Shown piece by piece: positions 20,610-29,977 of a DNA stretch of 64,000 nt (its first letter is position 1; each line of letters begins with the position of its first letter). This DNA is from Candidatus Limnocylindria bacterium (lineage in GTDB: Bacteria > Chloroflexota > Limnocylindria > QHBO01). The notes under the pieces were generated by a model. That model was not told the origin of the DNA, ran no database searches, and saw only the letters and a list, made by a program, of their open reading frames with translations. The position numbers and the translations under genes are program-made. The DNA is taken from the NCBI GenBank assembly GCA_036262075.1, contig DATAJO010000013.1:1553-65552 (forward strand). Direction: 5' to 3'.

Positions 20610-20635
20610 GATGGGCGGCCTTCGGGCCGCCCATC
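20610..20635 (+). terminator. stem-loop downstream of rpoD (GATGGGCGGCC-TTCG-GGCCGCCCATC)
   Basis: Perfect 11 bp GC-rich stem with a TTCG tetraloop 27 nt after the rpoD stop. There is no U-tract, as is usual for high-GC intrinsic terminators. Confidence 0.4.
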
Positions 20636-20761
20636 GTCGTACCCGGCGCGAGCGGACGGGCTGGCTCATCTAGCTGCCGCGATCCCGGCAGCGATCCGCA
20701 TCGGTCCGTCAGCCCTCCCGGCCGTACGAACGGCCTCCGATCCGCTCCGAGACGCCTTCGG

Positions 20762-20767
20762 TATAAT
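20762..20767 (+). promoter_or_regulatory. consensus -10 hexamer TATAAT upstream of tRNA-Asn
   Basis: A perfect TATAAT lies 43 nt before the mature tRNA 5' end; the -35 is weak (GATCCG/ATCCGC). Confidence 0.3.
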
Positions 20768-20809
20768 CGGCGGGCCGCATGGAACCGTCTGCATTGCGGT
20801 TGCACGCGT

Positions 20810-20884
20810 TCCGGCGTAGCTCAGTGGTAGAGCGGGCGGCTGTTAACCGCTTGGTCGTAGGTTCGAATCCTACCGCCGGAGCCA
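20810..20884 (+). tRNA. tRNA-Asn (anticodon GTT)
   Basis: Cloverleaf TCCGGCG...CGCCGGA acceptor stem, anticodon loop CTGTTAA, T-loop GGTTCGAATCC, and an encoded CCA. Confidence 0.9.
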
Positions 20885-20948
20885 CACCCCACCCGATCCC
20901 CGAATCCCGGCGCCAATCGGCGCCCGGCGATTCCACCGAGGGTCGATC

Positions 20949-20977
20949 GAGCATCGTGACGCACCATCACGATGCTC
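20949..20977 (+). other. perfect 11-bp inverted repeat hairpin (GAGCATCGTGA-cgcacca-TCACGATGCTC)
   Basis: Seen directly in the sequence, 65 nt downstream of tRNA-Asn. It could be a terminator for the tRNA transcript or an operator. Confidence 0.4.
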
Positions 20978-21164
20978 CTGCGCGCTGGTCCGCCACGTCT
21001 CGGCTCGGAAAGTTCCGTCTAACGCCGAGGTCCGGTTGTGCGGCCCGTTTTGTGCGTTTGTGTTGACGCCGCTAAGATGGACCCCGCCGTCGGCGCGCGA
21101 TATGGTGTCACGCACAACGCCCATGGTCGCGATGTATCGCCCGCGGCCGGGAAAGGAGGATCTG

Positions 21165-21752
21165 ATGGCCCAGCGGCCCGGCGTCGTCAACGCGCGCCAA
21201 GGACGTGACGATCTCGCCATCTCGCTGACCAGCCAGGAGCGCAGGCAGCTCGCGGAGCTAGCGGGCCACCGCGGCATGGAATCGAGCGCGCTGGCCACGT
21301 CGCTGGTGCGGACCGGGATCATGCTGCTCCGGTTGGCGACCGTCGAACGCCGTCAGGATCAAGGTCTCGTCATCGATCGGCTGGAGGCCGTGCAGGGCCG
21401 CCTCGACGAGCATGGCGCGCGCCTCGAGGCGATCGAGCGTGCCGTGGAAGCGACGGCCGACATCCGCAGGCGTGGCGACGCGAGCGGCGATCAGGCGCTC
21501 GGCCACCCGCGGCACGAGCCGTCGCGTGCGGCCACCCCGAGCCTGCACGACGAGATCATCGAGGTGCTTCGCGCCAGCAATGGACCGATGAGTGCCAGTG
21601 ACATCGCGGAAGAGATCCACCGCAGGGGGCGGTACCAGGCGCGGCGTGCCGCGAAGCCCCTGAGCGGCGCCACGATCAGCAGCCGGGTCTCGAACCCGTA
21701 CTATCGCGACCTGTTCCGGCGAAAGAACCGAAAGATCACTCTGGCCGACTGA
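21165..21752 (+). CDS. hypothetical protein with C-terminal winged-helix (HARE-HTH/Mrr_N-like) domain
   Basis: GGAGG RBS 8 nt before the ATG at 21165. N-terminal coiled-coil and a C-terminal EIIEVLRASNGPMSASDIAEEIHRRGRY...ISSRVS pattern. Confidence 0.5.
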   Translation: MAQRPGVVNARQGRDDLAISLTSQERRQLAELAGHRGMESSALATSLVRTGIMLLRLATVERRQDQGLVIDRLEAVQGRLDEHGARLEAIERAVEATADIRRRGDASGDQALGHPRHEPSRAATPSLHDEIIEVLRASNGPMSASDIAEEIHRRGRYQARRAAKPLSGATISSRVSNPYYRDLFRRKNRKITLAD

Positions 21753-22158
21753 CGCCGCCCGTCAGGCCGGGGGCGTTCTCGACGCAGATGAGAACGGCGT
21801 CGACCGGAAAGACGGTGGCCGAGACGGTCGCGGGTCCGAATCGACGCGCCGCCGACCAGTTCTCCTCGAGGCCTCGCGCCCGTATCTGAGACGCCAGCCA
21901 CGACGAGAAGTCGACCCCCAGCCAGGACGCCAGCGTCGCGACGCAGGCGGCGGCCCAGGACATGGCCGCCCCATCGCTGCTCCCGCTCACCAGGAGCGAT
22001 ACCTTGGCCGTCCCGTCGCGCTCGAGGAGCTCCACGACGCCGACCCGGCCCCGCGGCGCGAAGCCGACGAGGCGCCGTTCACCCAGCCGCGTGTTCGTGT
22101 CCTCGAATGAGAAGTCGAGGCGGCCGAAGCTCGAACGACAGCTGTCCAGCCCGATCAT
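21736..22158 (-). CDS. hypothetical protein
   Basis: 140 aa ORF whose ATG overlaps the rpiR-family gene stop. It has a non-repetitive composition, with LDFSFEDTNTRLGERRLVGFAPRGRVGVVELLERDGTAKVSLLV. Confidence 0.3.
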   Translation of the reverse strand: MIGLDSCRSSFGRLDFSFEDTNTRLGERRLVGFAPRGRVGVVELLERDGTAKVSLLVSGSSDGAAMSWAAACVATLASWLGVDFSSWLASQIRARGLEENWSAARRFGPATVSATVFPVDAVLICVENAPGLTGGVSRPE

Positions 22159-23081
22159 CGCGACCCGGCCCCGCGTCCGTTGCCATTCGCCCTCGACGTG
22201 CTCGATGCCCTGCCGCTGGACTCCCGCCCGACAAGGAAGCGGCCGGACGACTCGTCGAGGGACTCGATCGCGCGCAGCCGCTGTTCCGCGTCGGCGGCTG
22301 ACCGGTGCGCGACCTCCGCGGCCAGGGCATTCGCGACCGAGATCGAAGCCACCTGCGATTGGAAGAACGACGCGCTCGCCGAGTCGACGGTGATCGCCGT
22401 GCTCTTGAGCTGGGCGATCGGTGCCGTCAGAGAGTCGGTGACGGCAATGAGATGCGCCCCCGCGCGCACGGCGTGCTCCGCGACCTGGTACGTCGCCCGC
22501 GCGTAGCGGGGAACGCTGAACACGACCAGCGCCGAGGTGGGCCCGAGCTCCAACAGCTGACGCGCGACGTCGGTCTCGCCCGACCCGAAGAGCTGGACGT
22601 TGCGTCGCACCCGCGCCAGCAGGTAGGCCAGCGCGTAGGCGGGGGCGAAGGAGCTCTCGGAACCGGCGACGAAGACCGACTCGGCTGTCGCGATCACGCC
22701 GGCGGCGGAGGTGACGGCCCGGTGCGTGGCCTGCGCCTCGAGACGAGCGATGTTGTTGGCATCCGCCTTGAGCGACGCGTGGGCCGCGGATCCCGCGTCG
22801 TGGTGGAGGGACCGCCGGAAGTACTCGGACGGCGCGACGTGGGTGAACAGCGAGTTGTGGATGGCCGCCCGCAGCTCGGGATAGCCCGAGTAGCCGAGCG
22901 CCGAGGCGAGGCGGATGACGGTCGAGTCACTGACTCCGGCGCGCTCGCCGAGTGCGGCCGTCGACAGCAGGGCGACGCGAGCCGGCTCGTCGAGCAGCAT
23001 CCTGGCCACCCGACGCTGGCCCTCGGACAGGTCCGCGAAGCGCCGTTTGAGGATCTCGAACGGGTCGCGCTGATTCGTCAC
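22155..23081 (-). CDS. RpiR/MurR-family transcriptional regulator (HTH_6 + SIS domain)
   Basis: N-terminal ILKRRFADLSEGQRRVARMLLDE...GVSDSTVIRLASALGYSGY HTH, followed by a SIS sugar-phosphate-binding domain. The GTG start is at 23081. Confidence 0.75.
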   Translation of the reverse strand: MTNQRDPFEILKRRFADLSEGQRRVARMLLDEPARVALLSTAALGERAGVSDSTVIRLASALGYSGYPELRAAIHNSLFTHVAPSEYFRRSLHHDAGSAAHASLKADANNIARLEAQATHRAVTSAAGVIATAESVFVAGSESSFAPAYALAYLLARVRRNVQLFGSGETDVARQLLELGPTSALVVFSVPRYARATYQVAEHAVRAGAHLIAVTDSLTAPIAQLKSTAITVDSASASFFQSQVASISVANALAAEVAHRSAADAEQRLRAIESLDESSGRFLVGRESSGRASSTSRANGNGRGAGSR

Positions 23082-23356
23082 GTCCGCCCTGCAGCTACGG
23101 TATGGCGATGCAGTGTAGGTACTCACGAAGTGCTCGTCAATGCAGCAAACACTGCACGCCGACGGCGCCGGAGCTGGCACGGGTACCGCGAGTCGGCGAC
23201 GGGTTGGGCAGCCGCGCGACCGTGCCGGCGGACGGCAGCGCCTCGCTCGAAACGGTCGGCTAACGCGGCGTCGCGATGGGGGAGCGGGCTGGCTCCGGAC
23301 GGGCCACGACGCCCTTCACGAGGCACACGGCGCCGCTGGGCGGGTGGGGCGGCGAC

Positions 23357-24337
23357 TCAGGCCCGGAGGCCGGGCAGCACCGCGTCGGCGAGACTCCGCA
23401 TCTGGGCCAGCCGGTCGTCACCGTGCAGGACGACGATGAGACCGTCGGCCCCCGCTGCTCGCAGGTCCCGGCAGCGCTGGAGGACGGTGGCCGGAGTGCC
23501 GGCCAGCGCGAAGCGGTCGATCCATCGATCGAGGACGAGATGGCTGTGCTCCGGCTCCATGTGCTTTCGGAAGTCGTAGGCCTCCGCCAGCCGACGAAGC
23601 GGTTCGACGTCCTCCGGCGCGATCGTGTTGGCGCGCGCGGCCACGCGCAGGGTGAACAGGGCCTTGCGGGCCACCACCGGCCGCACCGCGTCTCGGGCGA
23701 CGGCGGCGTCCTCGGACACGCTCCCGGTGGTCCAGACGATCCGCGACACGGATCCGGGCGGTCGGCCGGCGGCCGCGGCCGCCTCGTCCACCACGGCCAT
23801 CGACTCGTTCACCTCGTCGAGCGGCCCGGCCATCAGGGCTCCGTCGCCCACCTCGCCGGCGATCCGCAGGGCCGCGTCCGAGGCCCCGGCGATGAGGATC
23901 GGGACGGCCTCCGAGGAGCCGCCGATCCCCATGCTGTGATCCGCGTAGCTGGCGGTCTCACCGGCCAGGAGGTGACGGATGAAGATCGTCGCCGCCCGCA
24001 GCTCCTCGAGCGTCGCGCGGCGCAGCCCCATGTTCACGGGGCCGCTGTCGCCGATGCCGAAGCCGAGGCGCACGCGGCCGGGCGCCAGCTGCGTCAACGT
24101 CGCCAGGGCGCTCGCCGTGAGGCTCGGATGCCGGACCAATGGATGGGTGACCCCGGGCCCGATCCCGATCCGCGTCGTTCGTACGGCGATGGCGCCGAGC
24201 AGCGTGTAGAGCTCACGCCAAATCAGGTGCGAATCGCCGAGGGCGAGCTCGTCGAAGCCGAGACGCTCGGCCTCGACGGCGGTCGCCAGGACCTCGGTGG
24301 CAGAGCCCGTCGGGTAGAGCCCGATGCCGACTTTCAC
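23357..24337 (-). CDS. LLM-class (luciferase-like) F420/flavin-dependent oxidoreductase
   Basis: TIM-barrel LLM signature (GIGLYPTG...ELALGDSHLIW...RVRLGFGIGDSGP); 326 aa. Confidence 0.75.
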   Translation of the reverse strand: MKVGIGLYPTGSATEVLATAVEAERLGFDELALGDSHLIWRELYTLLGAIAVRTTRIGIGPGVTHPLVRHPSLTASALATLTQLAPGRVRLGFGIGDSGPVNMGLRRATLEELRAATIFIRHLLAGETASYADHSMGIGGSSEAVPILIAGASDAALRIAGEVGDGALMAGPLDEVNESMAVVDEAAAAAGRPPGSVSRIVWTTGSVSEDAAVARDAVRPVVARKALFTLRVAARANTIAPEDVEPLRRLAEAYDFRKHMEPEHSHLVLDRWIDRFALAGTPATVLQRCRDLRAAGADGLIVVLHGDDRLAQMRSLADAVLPGLRA

Positions 24338-24347
24338 GTCGGGTGGG

Positions 24348-24953
24348 TCAGTACCCGCGGGGGCCGAAGATCGTCCTGCCGGTCCTCCGCTCGACGTGAC
24401 GGGCGAAGACGTACTTCGCCTCCGGGCCCTCGTACGGGAAGGGCGGCGGCGGCTCGAACCGCCAGTCCCGCCGGTGCGGTTCCACTTCCGACACCACGAA
24501 CGCGTGCTCGGGACCGAGGGAGGTGAGCGCCTCGTTCAGCTCCTCGGCGGAGTCGGCACGGTGGACGTTGCGCATTCCCGTCCCGCGGGCGATGGTTGCG
24601 TAGTCGGTGTGCTCGCTGTTCACGAGGGGAGCGCCGAGCAGGCACTGGTAGCAGCGATTCGAAAGGAGGAAGTGCTTCAGGTTCGGCGGCTGCTGCTGTG
24701 CCTCGGTCAGGAGACCGCCGAGGTTCATGCAGACCCCGCCGTCGCTGTTGAGGAGCCAGATCTCTTCGTCCGGGAGGCTGTACGCCAGGCCCATCGCGAA
24801 CGAGGAAGCGAAGCCCATGCCGCCGTGGAGATGGAAGGAACCAAGGTCACGGGTCAGCCGCCACCACTCGTTGGAGTTTTCGCCAAGCGCGCACACCACG
24901 AGCTGTCCGGTCCAGTGGCTCTTGAGTGTCTCGAAGTACTCGGTGCTCTTCAC
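24348..24953 (-). CDS. TPP-dependent decarboxylase beta subunit (ComE-like; sulfopyruvate/phosphonopyruvate decarboxylase family)
   Basis: TPP-binding C-terminal domain (GGMGFASSFAMGLAY...LNSDGGVCMNLGGL); 201 aa, directly downstream of the alpha subunit. Confidence 0.7.
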   Translation of the reverse strand: MKSTEYFETLKSHWTGQLVVCALGENSNEWWRLTRDLGSFHLHGGMGFASSFAMGLAYSLPDEEIWLLNSDGGVCMNLGGLLTEAQQQPPNLKHFLLSNRCYQCLLGAPLVNSEHTDYATIARGTGMRNVHRADSAEELNEALTSLGPEHAFVVSEVEPHRRDWRFEPPPPFPYEGPEAKYVFARHVERRTGRTIFGPRGY

Positions 24954-24962
24954 TGGTCGCCC

Positions 24963-25471
24963 CTATGCGTTCTCGATCAAGAGGGCCTTCGACAGCCCGA
25001 CGATGAAGGGACGCTTCTGCACGCGGCTGTGGACATACGCGTCCGGGAGGAGTCGCACCTTCTCGAGCTCGTCGAGGACGAGATACGGAAGCCCGAGGGC
25101 CTCGAATTGCCGGGTGAGGAATCGGCCCTGGATCTCCTGGAACGCCTGATGGTCCTGGATGCTTCCTCTCAGGCTGACGAACATGAAGAGGGGGATCTCA
25201 TACTTGAGATTGATCGTCGTCAGCTCACTGATGGTCGTCAGGAAGCCCGTGGCGCCCATGATCGCGGCGGTCTTCACACCGCCGAAGAAGCCTCCCGTGC
25301 AGATGGCGACCGCTTCCGGCTCGCGTGCGACCCGGATATTGGTCACGTCAGGGTCGGCGTCGAAGAGGTCGAGGAGCGGCGCAACCCAGTCATCCGGTAG
25401 CCCGGCGGTGAGGCTGATGCCGATCTCCTTGGAAGTGTCGACGAGAGCGCGGTAGACGGGAGGGACCGTTG
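24963..25471 (-). CDS. TPP-dependent decarboxylase alpha subunit (ComD-like)
   Basis: TPP_enzyme_N pyrimidine-binding domain (IRVAREPEAVAICTGGFFGGVKTAAIMGATG); ATG at 25471 with an upstream GGAG. Confidence 0.7.
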
Positions 25472-25652
25472 GTGTCGTCATGTGGCTCCGGCTTTCGAGG
25501 ATGTGGTCCATTCGCCTGAGGTTCCGCCCGAGCCTACCACGGCAACCGGCTATTCGCACAAACTCAGCGCAAAGGACGGACGCGGTCGCCATGGACTATC
25601 CTACGGACATTGTGTTGTTCTTTGTGCTCGCGCTAGTCGGGCATCGCGCCGA

Positions 25653-26858
25653 ATGACCACCGCCCCGGACCGCTCCACGGCAGGCAGCGGTGCGATCATC
25701 AACATCGGACGGCTGTACACCGGCGACTGGCACGCTCCCGACGTTCCCGCCGAAGCCCTCCACCTGTCCGACGGGCGGATCGACCACATCGGAGCCAACG
25801 CCGATGCGCTGGCGATGGGCGGCGACTACGTGCTCGACGTCGCGGGCATGACGGTGACCCCCGGCTTCATCGACACCCACGTCCACCCGCAGATCGGCGA
25901 CTGGACCTCCCGTCATCGGATCATCGACTGGATCGAGGGATACGGGCGTGCCGGCGTGACGACCGTCGTCTCGCAGGGCAGCCCGCATCTCCAGGGACGG
26001 CCGCGCGATGCGATCGGCACGAAAGCGCTGGCGATGCTGTCGGCGCGCGTCTTCGCCGACTACCGCCCCGGCGGCGTGCGGGTGGTGGCCGGAACGGTGC
26101 TGCTTGAGCCCGGTCTGGCCGACGCCGACTGGCCCGAGATGTACGCAGCCGGTGTGCGCTACATCGGAGAGATCGGCATCAGCGGCGTCAGCGACCCGGC
26201 CGAAGCCGAGCCGATGGTGCAAGCCGGTCGGTCGGCGGGGATGCGGGTCAGCATGCACTTCGGCGCGCCCAGCGTCGCCGGCTCCCGAGGCATGGGGCTG
26301 CCCGAGGCGCTCGCCCTGCGGCCGGATGTGCTCGCGCACGTCAACGGCGGCTCGACGGGGCGCTCCGACGACGAGCTGATCGCCGCGATCGACGGGACAT
26401 CGTGGTTCCTCGAGGGCAACTTCCACGGCGGCACCCGGCAATTCATCCTCATGGCTCGCACGCTGGCCGAACGTGGCGAGGGACACCGGCTCATCCTCGG
26501 CTCCGATACCCCCAGCGCGGTGGGCATCGTGCCGCAGGCGATCCTCCGGCTCGTCTGCGTCCTGTGTGGACTGGCAGACTGGAGCCCGGGGGAGGCGATC
26601 GCCGCAGCGACCGGAAACGCCCGGCACGCGTTCGGCCTCGAGGCCGGAACGCTGGAGCTCGGCGCGCCCGCCGATCTCCTCTGCGTCGATGCGCCCATCG
26701 GCTCGAGTGCCGCCGATGCCACCGAGGCGCTCATCTTCGGTGACGTACCGGGCGTCGCCGCCGTGATCCAGGACGGCGTCGTCATGAGCGGACGGGCCGT
26801 CAACACGCCATTTCCGCGGCGTGCCGTCACCCTGCGTGAGCTCAGCCCAACCGAGTAG
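25653..26858 (+). CDS. metal-dependent amidohydrolase (amidohydrolase_1 superfamily)
   Basis: PGFIDTHVH metal-binding motif and a C-terminal ...GSD/aspartate region; ATG at 25653, about 401 aa. Confidence 0.7.
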   Translation: MTTAPDRSTAGSGAIINIGRLYTGDWHAPDVPAEALHLSDGRIDHIGANADALAMGGDYVLDVAGMTVTPGFIDTHVHPQIGDWTSRHRIIDWIEGYGRAGVTTVVSQGSPHLQGRPRDAIGTKALAMLSARVFADYRPGGVRVVAGTVLLEPGLADADWPEMYAAGVRYIGEIGISGVSDPAEAEPMVQAGRSAGMRVSMHFGAPSVAGSRGMGLPEALALRPDVLAHVNGGSTGRSDDELIAAIDGTSWFLEGNFHGGTRQFILMARTLAERGEGHRLILGSDTPSAVGIVPQAILRLVCVLCGLADWSPGEAIAAATGNARHAFGLEAGTLELGAPADLLCVDAPIGSSAADATEALIFGDVPGVAAVIQDGVVMSGRAVNTPFPRRAVTLRELSPTE

Positions 26859-26871
26859 GAGTCCTCGCCCG

Positions 26872-27879
26872 ATGAATCAGATGCACCGATTGCCGCCCGG
26901 CTACGAACCAGGACGGGTCGTGCGCAGCGAAGAAGTCCACGACATCGATTTCCTCGACGAGGTCGAGGCGGTTTGGGGCGGGCCATGGGGTGCCCAGTCC
27001 AAGATCGGCAAGCTGCGCCGCGCGCTGGTGTGCCGCCCGACCGAGAACGATGCGCCGCCGGAGGCGCGCGCCGACCCGATCTCGTATGGGTTCCTCGACG
27101 GCATGCCCGACCTGGCGCAGATGCAGGCGGAGCACGACGCGTTCACCCGCGTCCTCCAGGAGGAGGGGGTGACCGTCGAGTTCGTCGAGGTCGAGGAACA
27201 CCAGGTCGGCGCATACATGCGGCTGCGGTCGCTGTGGGCGACGGCGTCCGCGTTCGTCATCAACGGCGGCGCGATCATCCCCCGGTACGGTCGCGGACCG
27301 TGGCGACGCGGGCAGGAAGTGCTCCTCGCGCGCAAGTTGATGGAGCTCGGCTGCCCGATCCTCCTCACGGTGCACGGCAAGGGCGTCGCCGAGCTCGGCG
27401 GCAATGCCCTGTGGCTTGATCCCGAGCACATCATCGTCGGCCTCGGGTCGAGCGGGAACATTGAAGGGCTGCGCCAGGTCGAACCGCTGCTGCGGACCGC
27501 CGGCGCCAGGGAGATCCATGTCGCCTACTTCACGGGGATCGCGCACCTCGACCTCGTCCTGGGCATCGCTGGCCCGAAGCTGGCCGTCATGCATCGGCCG
27601 CATCTCGACCACGAGACGATTCGCTACCTGAGACACAAGGGCTTCACGCTGATCGAGACCGATCAGGCCGAATTCCGCCGCGGCGCCTGCAACCTGCTCG
27701 CGCTCGACGAGCGAACCGTCGTCCTCCCGTCCGGGTGCGACCGAACGGCCGAGGCGCTCGATCGCCACGGGGTTCGGGTGATCGAGCTCGATTTCACGGC
27801 GATCAACCTGGCGGGCGGTGGGCCGCACTGCGCCGTCGGCGCCCTCCTCCGCGACCCCGGGCCGTCGCTGACGGCCTAG
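26872..27879 (+). CDS. amidinotransferase-superfamily hydrolase (DDAH / arginine-deiminase-like)
   Basis: Pentein-fold pattern with a C-terminal catalytic GGGPHC motif; TAGGAG RBS before the ATG at 26872. Confidence 0.7.
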   Translation: MNQMHRLPPGYEPGRVVRSEEVHDIDFLDEVEAVWGGPWGAQSKIGKLRRALVCRPTENDAPPEARADPISYGFLDGMPDLAQMQAEHDAFTRVLQEEGVTVEFVEVEEHQVGAYMRLRSLWATASAFVINGGAIIPRYGRGPWRRGQEVLLARKLMELGCPILLTVHGKGVAELGGNALWLDPEHIIVGLGSSGNIEGLRQVEPLLRTAGAREIHVAYFTGIAHLDLVLGIAGPKLAVMHRPHLDHETIRYLRHKGFTLIETDQAEFRRGACNLLALDERTVVLPSGCDRTAEALDRHGVRVIELDFTAINLAGGGPHCAVGALLRDPGPSLTA

Positions 27880-28874
27880 GCTTCGCCTCCGCCGACCCGA
27901 GCCGCCGCGAGGGCGAACGCCTCGCGGTGGTGCTCGGACGGCCCGGCGAGGGACAGCACCACCTCGTCCAACCCGGCTCCGGCATATTCGTCGAGCCGCT
28001 CGGCGCAGGTACGGGGCGAGCCGGCGATGGCGAGGGCCTCGACCGCCTCGTCGGGCACCAATCGGGTCGCGGCATCCAGGTCGCGGCCCGCGATGGCCGC
28101 GACGATTGCCTCCTGGTCGATGCTGATGCCCGCCGCGTGCACGGACTCGGCCAGGTGGGCGTTGCGGAGCACGAAGGCAAGCTTCCTACGGCACGCCTCG
28201 AACGCCACCCGGCCGTCGCGGCTGACCGCGGTGATCACGTAGGCGGCCCGATACACGGCGTCCACCGGCCGCTCGTTCGCCCGGGCCTCCTCGTCGACGG
28301 CCCGCAGCGCCTCGTGGATGGAGCTCACCGACAGGCCCGAGGACAGGACGACACCGTCGGCGTCGCGACCGGCCAGACGGAGCATGTGGGGACCCATCGC
28401 CGCCACGTAGATGGGCGTCGTCACCGGTTCCTGGAGCGCGAGCCGCGCCCCGGACAGGGTGAAGTGTTGGCCGGCATGATGCGCGGGCGCACCCGAGAAG
28501 AGGAGGCGCAGGCAGGCCACGTACTCGCGCATCGTGGCGACCGGTCGGTGCGCCTCGACGCCCGACTCCGCGAGGAACAGCGGATTGCCCACGCCGAGCG
28601 CGATCGCGGCTCGGTTCGGGCGGCCCTCCGAGAGGGACGCCATCGCCATGGCCATCAGCATCGGATGGCGCAGGTACGGACTCACGCCGGTCGGCACCGC
28701 GCGCAGCGTGCGCGTTGCGCTCACCACCGCGAGCGCGGTGAGCGTCGACTCCTGGTAGCCCAGGTGCTCGGCGAGCCACATCGACGCGATTCCGCTGCGC
28801 TCGGCCCGCCGCCCGATCGCAACCGCCGCGCTGACCGGTGCCATCCCGTCGAACGCAACGCCGATCGCCGTCAT
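27876..28874 (-). CDS. LLM-class flavin/F420-dependent oxidoreductase
   Basis: Luciferase-like monooxygenase fold (ASMWLAEHLGYQES...ALGVGNP); 332 aa; start and stop overlap the neighbouring genes. Confidence 0.7.
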   Translation of the reverse strand: MTAIGVAFDGMAPVSAAVAIGRRAERSGIASMWLAEHLGYQESTLTALAVVSATRTLRAVPTGVSPYLRHPMLMAMAMASLSEGRPNRAAIALGVGNPLFLAESGVEAHRPVATMREYVACLRLLFSGAPAHHAGQHFTLSGARLALQEPVTTPIYVAAMGPHMLRLAGRDADGVVLSSGLSVSSIHEALRAVDEEARANERPVDAVYRAAYVITAVSRDGRVAFEACRRKLAFVLRNAHLAESVHAAGISIDQEAIVAAIAGRDLDAATRLVPDEAVEALAIAGSPRTCAERLDEYAGAGLDEVVLSLAGPSEHHREAFALAAARVGGGEA

Positions 28875-29977
28875 GGCGCCGCGTCGAATCCGTGCCGCAC
28901 CGTGGCGATGACTCGGTCGGCGGTCATATCCGCGAAGCCCATGCGGTCGAGCGTCAGGCCCTCGGACCGGTAGTCGACGTCCTTGATGGTCGACACCAGC
29001 TCGATGATCGCGTCCATGGTCGGCGTCGGCACTCCCGCCAGGCGCCCGAGCTCGGCGAAGGGGACGAGGCCGAAGGGAACGTCCTCCTCGAAGTAGCGGT
29101 GGTCCACGGACGTGGGAGCCCGGATGTGGCGGTTCGGGGCGCTCTGGTGGAACACCTCGTAGGCCGACCCGGTGTCCGCCGCCTCGGGCGTCGTGTACCC
29201 GATCTCGCGGAAGTACTCGACGAACGACTGGGTCGGGATGCCGAGCGAGGCGGCGACGGCCACGCGCTCTCCGTCGATCCGGTCGATGAGGCGACCGACC
29301 GACGGGGTGATGCCCTCGAAGTAGTGGAGGAAGTCACCGCCGGTCCACTCGATGCGGCCGACGTTGCAGAGCGTCGCCGCTGGATGATGGATCGCGTTCA
29401 TGTAGCGGAACATCGTCTCCATGACGTCGCCGGCCGGCGTGGCCGCCGGGTACAGCGTGGCGACGCGCGGGAACCACTCGGCGGTTCGGTCTCCGGGAAA
29501 CGCGGCGACGTACAGGCGCCGAACCTCGAGGCTGACGCGGACGGTGGCGGGAGCGATGAGGCGCGCCGCGTAGGGCAGGGTGGAGGAGCCGCACACCACC
29601 GGATCGGCGAACCCGTGCGCCGTCAGCGCTCGCGCGATCGTCACCGCCGTGTGGCCCGGCGTCGCCAGGACCAGCTGTCCCGGCTGGAGGTGGGGCGCGA
29701 TCGCGGAGACCATCGCGGCGTGGGCCAGCAACGGCGCGACGAGCATGACCGCATCGGCGCCACGCACGGCGGTGGCGGGGTCGTTGGTCACGACGGGGAT
29801 CGGCGCGAAGCCTTCGCCCATGACGCCCACGTAGTCGAGCCCCCCACGCTCGCGGATGGGGTCGATCGTGGCGGGGGATCGGCTGTAGAGCCGCACCGCG
29901 AAGCCGCGGCGCGTGAGGTCCGCGGCCGCCGCGCAGCCGCCGTTCCCGGCTCCGATGATGGCGACGTTCATGGTCAT
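28871..29977 (-). CDS. NAD(P)H-dependent opine dehydrogenase family protein (octopine/nopaline/tauropine DH-like)
   Basis: Rossmann MNVAIIGAGNGGCAAAADL N-terminus and an octopine-DH-type C-terminal domain; GGAGG RBS before the ATG at 29977. Confidence 0.7.
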   Translation of the reverse strand: MTMNVAIIGAGNGGCAAAADLTRRGFAVRLYSRSPATIDPIRERGGLDYVGVMGEGFAPIPVVTNDPATAVRGADAVMLVAPLLAHAAMVSAIAPHLQPGQLVLATPGHTAVTIARALTAHGFADPVVCGSSTLPYAARLIAPATVRVSLEVRRLYVAAFPGDRTAEWFPRVATLYPAATPAGDVMETMFRYMNAIHHPAATLCNVGRIEWTGGDFLHYFEGITPSVGRLIDRIDGERVAVAASLGIPTQSFVEYFREIGYTTPEAADTGSAYEVFHQSAPNRHIRAPTSVDHRYFEEDVPFGLVPFAELGRLAGVPTPTMDAIIELVSTIKDVDYRSEGLTLDRMGFADMTADRVIATVRHGFDAAP

